Shown piece by piece: positions 24,451 to 37,000 of a stretch of 64,000 bases of DNA. Source of the stretch: Octopus sinensis (lineage: Eukaryota); contig NC_043010.1 in assembly GCF_006345805.1 (NCBI RefSeq), forward strand, positions 47,244,001-47,308,000, written 5' to 3'. The notes beneath the pieces were generated by a model. The model ran no database searches and was not told the DNA's origin. It saw only the letters and a program-made list of their open reading frames with translations. A program made the translations under genes and the position numbers. Each line of letters starts with the position of its first letter. The stretch's first letter is position 1.

Positions 24451-27400
24451 TTCGGTTACAATTGTATAGTTCATTCCTTTCTCATGCTGAGTCTTACAAT
24501 ACACGACATACGTATTTTACTGTTTTACATATTTATGCTACCAAGGGTGAGATGATTTGTCACAGATTTGAATGGTTGCATAGTTGCTGCAGTCACTTCT
24601 GAAACAGTTAAATTCCCTTTCCAGTGCTAGCTACACAATTATAAAGTAAAATTGGCACATGTTTGTCAGTGCAGTAGATTGTCAAAAAAAGCATTATAAT
24701 GCTTGACTAAATAGGCAACACAAGGTTATATGCTGTAAATAGCAGGCACAATGTATCTGTAGTAGTATTGAACTTACGGTTATGCAGTCAGTAGTACAAC
24801 ATGTTTAACCTCTGAGCCATTGTGCTTTACTCATATAAATGAATATAAGTATAAATATTTAATACAATATATAAAATTGATTAAGTATTCTTGGCTGGAA
24901 TTTGGAATTTAGAAGATACTGAGCTGCAGACAAACTAGAATGGCTATTTTTTTTGGAAAAATGCCAGAAAAATTATCGTTTCTTTTCAAATCTGGTTATT
25001 AAATTTAGAGTATTTTTCAGATTTTGGCAAATGGTTTTTGTAATGAATTTTGGTAAAATTTCCAGAAATCTTTTATTACTTAATCCAATTGCAAAAGATA
25101 ATTTAAATAAAATATTTACTTTGCATTAAGCTGTTGATAATCTAAAGAAAACTAATTTAAATAACACTACATAATTAATGTTACTAAATAGCAACAAGAA
25201 AATAATTATAAGGATAATGACAACCTAAAGAATGTCTTTACATGATGACTTAAGCAACTGATAGTATCTATATATATAATATATATTAGTCATACCAATG
25301 TGTAATCTCTTCATTGTAAAATTAAAGCTAAGAAATTAATCTCCCAGTTGTCATCAGAATTAGATCACAGCTACATACACTTCTAAACAGATGGTACCAC
25401 TCACCTCCCCTGAATAACCAGTCTAATACGGGTGTCTTTCACAAACAACGTAGACCCCCCATGTCAACATTCACCACTGAAGATGACCTGGTTGTCAAAA
25501 GGACACACCAACCTAATCACCTTCAATGAGTCAAAATACAGTCACTACACAAATAAAAAAAAAAAAAGAAGAAAAATCACATATGCAACTGTATACCTTT
25601 TACTTTCATGAACACCACATATCTAAACCTTTTTTAAAGTTTTACAATTATTAAGCCTTACAATCTCTGATAATCTCCCATCTTTATAATTTATTTTTAC
25701 TTGTTTCAGTCATTAGACTGCAGCCATGCTGGGGCATCGCCTTCAAGAAATTTTAGTTGACTGAATCAACCCCAGTACTTTTTTCCTAAGCCTGGTACTT
25801 ATTCTACCAGTCTCTTTTGATGAAATGCTAAATTATGGGGAGAGTGCATCGAAAAGTTTGACTAATTGTCATCAGCATACAAAAAAAATTAATACAAAAC
25901 TGATGGTAATAATGATTATATATTTAATCTTTCATATATATTCCTGACAATGGAAAGTATCTTATTAAATAACAATGAAAATATGCAGAAGGTAGAAATT
26001 CCAATAAAAATCTTCAGATATATTAAGCCAAAGAGCTTCTTTGTATCAACAGAATGAAATATAATTTCAAATCCAAAATCAGATCATATTTGGACCACTC
26101 AGACATTATAAGTATTAGAATGTTTATTAAACACAGATTTACCATACATCTGTTACAAGATGTTCTTTATACACAAATAGTAGCCAAAACTACAACTTAT
26201 CTTTAAGCCTACATTTTGATTAAAAAGATTCCAGCTTTGACCATCCCACCATTCTGTAATCCGTAATCGATTTCCTTATTACCTTGGGAAAATTCTGAGT
26301 GATTCTCACCCCATCCTTAAACATATACCTCCATATAATTTTTAATCAATTTACAGTTGCCCTAGCTGACAAATGTTTTAATTAATGCTAACGATGTTTC
26401 TTCTCATTATAAGTGTGATTTCAATCGATTAAAACTTATTTTTGGCTCACTACAATTAATGAGGAAATTTTTTTTTAATTTAGAAGTGAGTTCAAATTTC
26501 AATAAGGTCAACTTTGCCTTTCACCTTTTTGGTACCATTAAAATAAGTACCATTTGAACACTGAGGTTGATTTGATCAACTAGTACCTTGTCCACCATAA
26601 TTTCAGGCCTAGTATCATCATCATCATTTAGCGTCCGTTTTCCATGCTAGCATGGGTTAAAGAAAGAAAAATATCTAGAAGGGTGTGATTTGAGGGAGAC
26701 TTTGCTGCTATTTCTCTACTTTTAACTGGCTGAGAGACCATACAATGACTAACAAATATTCGTTTCAAATTTTGGTACAAGGCCAGCAATTTTGGGGAAG
26801 CGGGTAAGTCAATTACATTGACTCAAGTGCTTAATTGGTACTTATTTTATCAATCCTGAAAGGATGAAAGGCAAAGTCAACCTTAGTGGTATTTGAACTC
26901 AGAACATAAAGACAGACAAAATGCCACTAAGCATTATATCAGATGTGCTAATGATTCTACCAGATTTCCACCTTAGCGAATAACAAATATTGAAAGTTAA
27001 CTGGTAGAATTTTTAAGTTAATAAATTCTCTAAAATCAAAAATACAAATAAAGAAATGCTAATATGTAAGCTTTAACATTTCTACATTTGCATTAATAAG
27101 TTTAATATTTTACTTTTGATTTCATCCAGGAAACAAAGCTTGCTTTTCAATTACACGGTTTTGGATTCAGACCCTTTGTGTGACATCAACTATAGCCTCG
27201 GGCTGACAAATGACTTGCAAATGAATATGGCAGACAAACTTAGCAGTTTAGCAAAAGAGATTGACAGAATAAGTATTGAATTTTGATAAAAAAATAAGAG
27301 TACTGGAGTTGATACATTCAACTAAAATTTTTCAAGGTGGTACCCCAGCATGGCCACAGTCTAATGAGTGAAGCAAGTAAAATATAAAAAAATAAATGAT

Positions 27401-28481
27401 AAAAGATAGCTTGAGCACCCTATAAAGGCACCACCGTAGTTTTAAAGGGTTTCTGTGGTTGCTAATTAACCCGAGGTCAGCTCCCACTGAATAAGCAATC
27501 TAGCCAAGGCCACTTTGTATTTTATTCAGAAATAATAAATCTAGAACTATATTATCTTCGTTAATCGGTAGAACCCTGAAGTTAAAATATTCTGAAGAAA
27601 AAAAAATTAACAGCAAAAAAAAAAAACTTGACATTTCCACATTGATTTCAATAGTTTTAACATTTCCACAGTTATTTCCTGAATGAAATAACAGAGTAAA
27701 AGTTATTGAAGTTTTTTCTTTATTATTTAAGATTTAATGTTATTGAGTCACAAAATTCAAACAAGTGCAAGCTTCAAAATATCACTTGGAATTAGTATTA
27801 AAGGCTAACCAATGAAGTTGTTGAAAAATGAAATCTTTCATCTTTTACTTGTTTCAGTCATCAGACTGCGGCCATGCTGGGGTACCACTTTGAAGATTTT
27901 TTAGTCAAATTTATCAACCCCCATACTTATTTTTTAAAACTTGATACTTATTCTATCAGCCTTTTTTTGCTAAACTGCTAAGTTATGGAGACAAACATAC
28001 CAACATCTATTGTCAAGTGGTGGTTGTGAGAGACAAAGACACAAACACACATCTTTCAGTTTCTCTCAACCAATCCATTCACAAGGCTTTGGTTGGCCAA
28101 AGGCTGTAATAGAAGACACTTGCCCAAAGTATCACTGAACTCAGAATCATGTGGTTGGAAAGCAAAAATAAATAGATAAATAAAAAGATCTACAGAGGTA
28201 ATAGTGTTTAAAGCCTCTGGAATTTTAAATAAGTAACTGGACACAGCATTAAATGTTAGTTGAAGAAAACCAGCCTCCTTCTCTCTCTTTTTGTCATACC
28301 ACAAACAAATGTCAATAACAGAAAGGAACTTTTTAACATTTTAATATAAAAAAAGAAATTCATTTTAATATAAAAGAAAAGAAATTCATTTGTTTTAAAA
28401 TAATTAGAATCTAACAATTTCACATGCACGCACACATGCACACACACACACAAATTAGTTGAAACTCCCATTAATTTTATA

Positions 28482-28880
28482 TTTGGCTATGTGGTAAGAA
28501 GCAAGCTTCTTGCTTCCTAACAACATGGTTCTGGGTTCAGTATCACTGTGTGGTACCTTGAGTAAGAATCTTCTACTATAGCCTTGGGCTGACCAAAGCC
28601 TTGTGAGTAAGCCCATCATATATATATCTGCCTGCCTGCCTGGCCTTGCCTTGCCTTGCCTTGCCTTGCCTTGCCCTGCCCTGCCCTGCCCTGTCCTGCC
28701 CTGCCCTGCCCTGCCCGCCCGCCCGCCCGCCCGCCCGCCTGCCCGCCTGCCTGCCTGTCTGTATATCTATCTATCTATCTATGTGTGTGTGTGTCTTTGT
28801 GCTTGTGTTTGTCTACCACCACCACCACTTGACAACTGGTGTTGGTGTTTATGTTGGCAAAAGAGACTGATAGATTAAGT
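28482..28880 (+). mobile_element. Family B SINE carrying a GC-rich compound microsatellite
   Basis: SINE head and CORE at 28482-28620, then (CCTTG)n(CCCTG)n(CCCG)n(CCTG)n(TCTA)n(TG)n, then the SINE body resumes. Confidence 0.85.
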
Positions 28881-29859
28881 AACAGACTTAGTACAAAAAA
28901 GTGCATAAAGTGCTGATCCTTTAACTGTGGAGGGAACTTGTGGAAGAGGCAGACCCAGAGGGACATGGGAGAAGGTGGTGATGACAAGTGATCAACATTT
29001 GGCAATTTGCTGTGCTTGAGAAGACTTGTCAAGCTAAGTGTGGCTGGTGCCAGTGACACATAAAAGTACCTGTGCTGGTGATATGTAAAAGGCACCCACT
29101 ACACTCTTGAAGTGGTTGGCATCAGGAGGAGCATCAGCCATAGAAACCATGCCAAATCAGACTGGAACTTAGTAGAGCTCTTTGGCTCACCAATTCCAGC
29201 CAGATTGTCTAACCCATGCTTGCATGGAAAGCAAATGCTACATGATGATAATGATATCTTTCTGTCTTTTTCTTTGTTTTAGTCATTAGCCTGAAGAATT
29301 TTAGTCAAAGAAATTGATCCCAGCACTTATTTTTTAAAGCCTGGCACTTAATCTACAAGTCTCTTTTGCTGAACCATTTAGTCACAAGAAAGTAAACACA
29401 CCAGCACCAGTTGTCAAGCAGTGGTGAAGACAAACACAGATAAAATGAGATGTGCGCATGTGCACACACACGACGGGCTTCCTTCAGTTTCCATCGACCA
29501 AATCCACTCACAAGGCATTGGCTGGCCTGAGGCTATAGTAGATAATTACCCGAAATGCCATGCAGTAGGACTGAACCTGGAACCATGTCGTAGGGAAGCT
29601 AACTTCTTTCCACAAAACTATGTTGTATACAGAAACCATGCAAAGGAGACAACTGGTGCATGATGCAGCCTTTGGAGCCATCAGGTCCTGCCAAACTGTC
29701 CAACTAATAGAACATGGATGTTAAATGATGATGACATAAATCACAAAGGTTTATCTTGATGTGTACATGCGCGTGTGTATGAATGAGTGTGAATAAACAG
29801 ATATGCTTACATGTGCATGTATGTGTATACATACACACATATATCAATAGATAGTATAT

Positions 29860-30419
29860 ATATGCATATATATATACATACATATACATATATATGCATA
29901 TATATATACATATATATATATGCATATATATATACACGCATATATCAATAGATAGTATATATATGCATATATATGCATATATATACATACATATACATAT
30001 ATATGCATATATATATACATATATATATATGCATATATATACACATATATATATATGCATATATAAATATATATATATGCATATATATACATATATATAT
30101 ATGCATATATATAATATATATATATATGCATATATATACATATATATATATAGCATATATATACATATATATACATATATATATATGCATATATATATAT
30201 ACATATATATAATATGCATATATATATACATATATATATGCATATATATATACATATATATATATATGCATATATATATACATATATATATGCATATTAT
30301 ATACATATATATATGCATATATATATACATATATATATGCATATATATATACATATATATAGCATATATATATATACATATATATATGCATATATATATA
30401 TATATACATATATATATGC

Positions 30420-30452
<33 letters not shown>

Positions 30453-30570
30453 ATACATATATATGTGTATGTGTATATATATAATATATATACATATATA
30501 TATGTATATATATATACATATATATACATATATATATGTATATATATATGTATATATATATATATGTCCA
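29860..30570. repeat. ~700-bp interrupted (TA)n array with recurring atatatatgcatatatatacat units
   Basis: Directly visible; it generates the spurious Y/I-rich ORFs in the track. Confidence 0.97.
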
Positions 30571-31197
30571 ACCCATGCTAGCATGGAAAACGGACGCTAA
30601 CGATGATGATGATGATGATGATGTGTGTATATATATATATATTATATATACATATATATATGTATATATTTGCATATATATATACACATACACACCCACC
30701 CACCCACACACATATGCGCACACACACACACATAATTATAATGGTAAAACTCAAGTGGTGCTCATTTAATGACTGGTCTGGAGCAACATGTCAGTAATAG
30801 CATTATCAAGTTTCATAGCCTATTAATTAAGGATTAATGTCTCAAACCTGTAATCATAGAGTGATTGATATGAAAGTTGATTAAAAGGTGAGTAAATTAT
30901 ATACAGAAGTGTGTCAGCTTAGTCTACCTAGCATATGGTAGAGAACATACTGAATTCTGATTAGCTAATTGTAAGCAGCATTGTGGGAGGTAAATTCAGT
31001 CTCATAAAAAGTAACTGACTACTGAAGACCTTCAACTGAAAAAACATACTTTAGGATTGGAACTAACAATGAAGCTTCTGAGAATTCATTTCCATCTTTG
31101 TTGTTGTGTATAGCCTTAACCCTTTAGCATGAAGATTAGTTTGTCAATTGTAATGCTTCAAACGTTGGGCCTCACAGAGGCAATGATGAAAGGCCAA

Positions 31198-31748
31198 GAT
31201 CTCTGGAGATATGCTGTGACTGCGAAGAGCCGACAAATAACGTGAGTTCATAGCTGTTTCCTGCACCAGCTTCACATAGAAGCCCCAGCCCATCCAAAGT
31301 ACCTTGGATCGCAGGATGGCCTGCTGTGCTTACCTTGGATCGTAGGGCGACCTGCTGTACTTGAGGAAACCTATTGAGTCAAGTACATCAAAATCAAAAA
31401 ATCAAATGGAAATTGTAGTTGTGATACCTGTGCTGGTGGCACGTAAAAAGCATCATCTGAGCGTGGCTGATGCCAGTGCCGCCTTGACTGGCTTCTGTGC
31501 CGGTGGCATGTAAAAAGCACCAACCGATCATGGCCCTTGCCAGCCTCCCCTGGCACCTGTGCCGGTGGCATGTAAAAAGCACCCACTACACGCACAGAGT
31601 GGTTGGTGTTAGGAAGGGCATCCAGCTGTAGAAACACTGCCAGATCAGAGTGGAGCTTGGTGCAGCCTCCTGGCTTCCCAGACCCCGGTCGAACTGTCCA
31701 ACCCATGCTAGCATGGAAAACGGACGTTGAACGATGATGATGATGATT
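31198..31748 (+). mobile_element. RTE-type LINE 3' end: last ORF codons, long 3' UTR and (TGA)n tail (source of 'family C')
   Basis: gatctctggagatatgctgtg reads DLWRYAV (DR..WR.AV motif at RTE ORF ends). It is followed by tandem gtgccggtggcatgtaaaaagcac modules and the ..ggacgttgaacgatgatgatg tail. Confidence 0.75.
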
Positions 31749-32509
31749 GTTTTGGATTAATCATGCATTATCTCATAGCTTTTGAGATTTTGATGATATG
31801 ATTGTTTAGTTTTAGAATTTGATTGTAAGGTAAGGTATGAGAGGCCATAGCAGGTTAGTTTGAACATAAAACAGGTAGAATATTTTGGCCAGCAATAGCC
31901 AGTTTAAATGCGAAAGGGTTACTCTGCTGTGTTTAGGGCAGAACAATGGCACATAGAGAATCAGCTGAGCAGCTAGGTGTGACCAACAGAATAACTGTTC
32001 CTTGATATGTCATACTTCTGCCCACCAGAGTGTGCAGAAAAGTTTCTGGCTTTGGGTAAAAGAAAATACAGGAAGATCAATTAATTATGATTTTATTCAA
32101 CATATTCCCATCTCAGATTCGCATACTCATTGCAGTGGTCCTTCAGTTTTTCTAAGCCCTGTAAAAAAACTCGGTAGTTGGGCCCCCGATGTCCTTAAAG
32201 CCAAGAACTTTTCAGCAAAGGTAGGTGTGCTATGAATGCTGTTGGTGGTTTAACCACCTAGTGTGTGTGTGTGTGTGTGTGTTAGTTGTAGTTTATCCTT
32301 AACCCTAGGTCAATTTCTGGTGTGTAGATCTCTAATCAAAAGCTGTGATCATCTCATTTGCCAGAGCTACGTATGGCTACATTATGTAATGTATAATTTT
32401 CTATTATTAAGACAGCAATGTGTAATCTGAGGGAGATTTGCCTACTATTTCTAGCAGATCAAATGACATGAAAACTCCCTCTTTAGTTCATAGTATATTT
32501 ATGTTGCTG

Positions 32510-32825
32510 CGAGTGATGGCCAGCTGAATTTGATGTTGCTCAACATGGTGGGTAGCTCAAAGAGCAGGGACTCTCTGCTGGTTGAGATGTTAATTCTCTG
32601 CATTGCGAAGTCACAGCTCTGGTACTATGGGCATGTGATTAGAATGTCACAGGAAGGAACCACAAGAGGGATGGTGGGATAATATCCCTAGTCTCAGTTG
32701 CAGTTGGGAATGCAGCTGGAAAGTGCAATGATGGTTGCTTCTGATAGAAACTTATGGAGAAGGTGCCTGAGGACGCCACTTTCACACTGCTCCCAGGAAT
32801 GGTGGATAAAGAAGATGGCTAGATA
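32510..32825 (+). mobile_element. RTE-clade LINE 3' fragment
   Basis: LRWYYGHVIRMSQE..WWDNI..ASDRNLWRRCL; homologous to 24040-24450. Confidence 0.75.
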
Positions 32826-33659
32826 ATGTTACTGGTTCAGAAGGGAGACAGTGTATTCAGAAGATGCCACCACACTGATTATAACTAGCATACACAAGAC
32901 AAATCATATGGTGAGTAGTTGTGTGTGTCTATGTGCACATAGGTAGCACAGTGGTTGAGGTGTTGGGCTGAGATCATAAGGTTGTGGGTTTGATTCTCAA
33001 AGCTCTTCATTTCATGTTATTTCAATCAACTTAGCTGGAAATGAGTGCAAGTGATAAGAGGTAAGGGAGTTACCCAGCAACAGTCTGGCATCTTATTCAG
33101 AATGAGTCTGGTACTCTCAGTCACTTATATGCCACTGAAACCAAGAAAAGGTCCAGTCTAAGAGGCCTGTAGGTTCAAGAAAAGGTCCAGTCTAAGAGGC
33201 CTGTAGGTTCAAGACAGACATTAGATATTTTACTTATACACATCATCATCACCATCATTATTGTTTGCACTTCCAATTTTACAGGCTCACATGGGTTGTA
33301 TAGTTTGGTTAGGTAGATTTTCTATGGCTGAATGCACTTCTGTTCACTGACCCTCATCTGTTTCCAAATAAGGCAATATTTCCCCACTTACATGATGGTG
33401 ACATTTGTTTACAACTATCACATAAAGTCAAAGCAAGGAACAGTAACAGTAACACACACACACACACAAATATCATACACAACAGGCTTCTTGCAGTTTC
33501 TATCTACTAAACTCACAAGGTTTTGGTCAGCCAGGTATTATAGTAGAAGACATATGTTCAAGGTGGTGTGCAGTGAGATTGAACCTGAAATCACGTGGTT
33601 GCAAAGTGAACTTTTTGACCACATAGCCATGCCTGCAGCTATCTCTCTCTCAAATACAT

Positions 33660-35060
33660 CACAAAACCTCGCTAAGCTAAGTATATATTTATATTTAAGA
33701 ACTTTAAATTTTAATATTTATAAGTCTTATGGTATAAAATTATTGTTTTTTTTATGTATATATCGTTTATCTAATTATCGTAATTTTCTATATAATTATT
33801 AGATATTAACTTTAAGTTTATTCGTAAGATTTTACTTAGCGATAGATATGTTGTTTGATAGCAAGTATATGAGTTGGTTAAAGTTAGATTCATGTATATA
33901 CATTTATTAATAGCATTAATTGTAGTTTTAAATTTCTTATAATTATTATTTTAACTTATATATTGTCTTTTTAAATTGTTATTTGCTAGTTACATTATTC
34001 CCATTGATAAATATATTTATAGTATTTATTTGTTACTATATAACTACGAATTGATTATTTCTTTAAGTACTTTAAAGATAAGATTTTTGAAAGTTATTAT
34101 TTAGCCAACGAGATAAAGATAGTTAATTTACTATAGCGTTCATTTAAGATTGTTTGTTTGTATTTTTGAAATTAGCTATTTCATCTTTAAATATGAAAAA
34201 TTAATTTATTAGGTCTTTATTATATGTGCATATATATTTATTTATTTATAGAGATTGTTTTAGATCTTAATTATAATATTTATATACATTTATATATTTT
34301 CATTGATAATTTATATATTATTTAAATTTTATATTTTAATATGAACAATCATTTTTTTTGTAAAATATTTATATAATTAGATATTGACTATTACTGATAT
34401 TAGATTATTGGTGGGTTTCTTACCTTAAAAATTAATACTTAAAAATTAAAATTAATATTTAACATTATAATCGTTGTTTTGACATAATCATAATCGTTAA
34501 GTTTCTAGTTTGATAATAGAGTTTTTTATAAGAAAATTTATTATATTATTTATTTCTTAAAAAATATTGTTTAAATATTTTTGATTATTTATTAAAATAT
34601 TACAATTAACCTGAAGATTGACTGTAACCATAACTCGAATTATTAATTGAATTTAAATTATTGTTATTCGAATTGGTTACAGGCATGAAACGATCGTAGT
34701 GTTTTTATTCTTTATCTTATATTAAACTTTTAATACTTTTTGATAGTTTAAAAAATAAAAAAAATAAAAAATAAATAAATAAATATAAAATATAAAAAAA
34801 TATAAATAAAAAATAAATAATTAGATAAAATAATAATAAAAATATATATATATTTATAATTTATAAGTTTAAATTATTAATTTAAATAATTAAAAAAAAT
34901 TTTAACTTTAATTTAAATATTTTAATTGGATTATATTTTATATTTTTATATTTTTTATACATTTTTTAATTAATTTTATTTCTATGTATTGGCTTATGAT
35001 TTTCACTGTTTGATTTGCCTAATAGTGGTTTTATCTCTAATTTAATATAATATATATATA
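33660..35060. other. Compositionally anomalous island (~15% GC, CpG not depleted, no host repeats)
   Basis: Hand count over 33721-35040: 204 G+C in 1320 nt, with 13 CpG observed against about 7.6 expected. No SINE or dinucleotide microsatellite inside. Confidence 0.9.
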
Positions 35061-35827
35061 CACATAATTGTATCAATACAACAGGTGATATAGAATCACA
35101 CTCAATGTAGGCATCTGTCAATGCATATCAAACGTATATATCTTTAAACAACAGCAAATGTTGCAAAGTAGCCGTAGCAACACCAGGAACTTCTGTCAGT
35201 GTAAACAAGGTCAGAGAACTTGTCAGTCAGTCAGCTCACTATTGATCTCTTTCTCTCTGTCTCTGTCTATATCTCTGTCTGTCTGTCTCTCTCTCTCCCT
35301 CTCAATCACTCTTGAAAGTGTTCTTGCTATGGTGTATGCAGCTTGGATACTTGCTAAGAAGAGCCACCATGGCAGTGTAAACGTCAGCCATCGCTAATAC
35401 CGCATGCTATTATTAAATTGGGTATCTGCATTGGTGCAGTGGCAAGAGTAATGGAATTAAGACCTGCCAATAATGAGTTCAGGTCCCATGATTTGATGGC
35501 TTCAATCTGACAGAGTAATGGAGGAAAGCATTAAAATATCATATCAGCATCTTGAGTGTCAAGCAGATTGGTTACAACAGTATGGAAGTCCCTCAAGGAA
35601 AATTTGAAGGAAGTGAGCTCACTGATAATAGGATTACCATTTAGATTAGTTATATCTTGTTGTTGTTGTTGTCTAGCCCTAAGATCTTCCCTGAATAGGC
35701 AAATTGATAACCAAAGATATTTCAGTCATAATCAACTTGTCTGTTTTGGGGTAACTTAGACTACATTATTTGGGTGCCACTTCTAGCAAGTTGAGCAATG
35801 GTATGTGATTGTTTTTAGTAGCCATTA

Positions 35828-36058
35828 GGCTTGAGCTGGCAGAAACGTTAGCACGCCGGGCGAAATGCTTAGCAGTATTTTGTCTGCCGCTATGTTTTGA
35901 GTTCAAATTCCGCTGAGGTCGACTTTGCCTTTCATCCTTTCGGGGTCGATTAAATAAGCACCAGATACGCACTGAGGTCGATATAATTGACTTAATCCGT
36001 TTGTCTGTCCTTGTTTGTCCTCTCTGTGTTTAGTCCCTTGTGGGTAGTAAAGAAATAG
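35828..36058 (+). mobile_element. Young family A SINE
   Basis: Near-identical to 36691-36921 and 53622-53854. CpG-rich; tail gtagtaaagaaatag. Confidence 0.92.
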
Positions 36059-36492
36059 GTTATATGGAATAATATTTCTATCTCCAACCAGATAAAATAC
36101 ATTATAGAGAAGAGTTGCACATTAACAACAGGACTTGCTGCTAGAAAACTTGAGTTATTACATCTAGCAGCTGTGCTCTTGAAAAGATTAACATGGGTTA
36201 ACTAACACATGGCCAATTGGCACTAGAAATACTGGTTTCTGTTATCAAAGTTAAGCAACGTTAAGCTGGGAAGCACTTTGAAAAGTCATATACGTATTAA
36301 TGATGTCATTTGAAAACATCAAGAAATACTTAAATTTGCATCAATAACACAAAGCTGAGAAGGAAAATAAGCACTACCAGCAAATCAAAAATTTCTATTT
36401 CAAATTTTACTAAAGTATGCCAGTCTGCAAATACCATACTTTATAATCATTTCAAGCTAAAATGTTGATTTCATTGAATAATATCCATAAGA

Positions 36493-37000
36493 CATGGCTA
36501 TGTGGTTAAGAAACTTGGTTCCCAATGATGTGGTCTTAGGTTCAGTCCCATTGTGCAGCACCTTGGGCATGTATCTTCTAATACAGTCTCAGGCTGACCA
36601 AAGCCATGTGAGTGGATTTGGTAGACAGAAATTGAAAGAAGCGATGAAATTGAAATTGAAAGACTTGAAAAATTGAAAGAATTGAAAAAAGGCGGCGAGC
36701 TGGTAGAAACGTTAGCACGCTGGGCGAAATGCTTAGCTGTATTTCGTCTGCCGCTACGTTCTGAGTTCAAATTCCGCCGAGGTCGACTTCGCCTTTCGTC
36801 CTTTCGGGGTCGATTAAATAAGTACCAGTTACGCACTGGGGTCAATATAATCGATTTAATCCATTTGTCTGTCCTTGTTTGTCCCTGCTGTGTGTAGCCC
36901 CTTGTAGGCAGTAAAGAAATAAGAAATTGAAAGAAGCCTGTCATACGTGTGTGTAGGTGGGTGGGTGTTAGTGTTTGTGTGTGCTCTTTTCTTGACATCA
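36493..37000 (+). mobile_element. Family B SINE with a nested family A SINE (36691-36921)
   Basis: 16-bp duplication agaaattgaaagaagc at 36627-36642 and 36922-36937 brackets the insert. Confidence 0.9.

Noticed and set aside
25402-25500. Strong donor GAG|gtgagt
   Set aside because: No open frame links it to a nearby acceptor, and EXOC6 is already complete across this intron.
26230-26350. Minus-strand open frame WRYMFKDGVRITQNFPKVIRKSITDYRMVGWSKLESF*
   Set aside because: No convincing acceptor or homology; the length is within chance expectation.
29704-30797. Long Y/I/C/M-rich ORFs (up to 341 aa)
   Set aside because: They are translations of the (TA)n/(CA)n array and carry no coding signal. 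The same applies to similar ORFs at 20651-21183 and 54389-55943.
33660-35060. RIP-like or bisulfite-like conversion, or a NUMT, as explanations of the AT island
   Set aside because: Spot counts did not show the CpA/TpG loss expected of RIP, both C and G are retained outside CpG, and I recognised no mitochondrial rRNA, tRNA or protein motif. A NUMT cannot be fully excluded without a search.
35828-36058. tRNA-like heads (A/B boxes) as possible tRNA genes
   Set aside because: They are the 5' ends of multi-copy SINEs with no complete cloverleaf, and they continue into SINE bodies.
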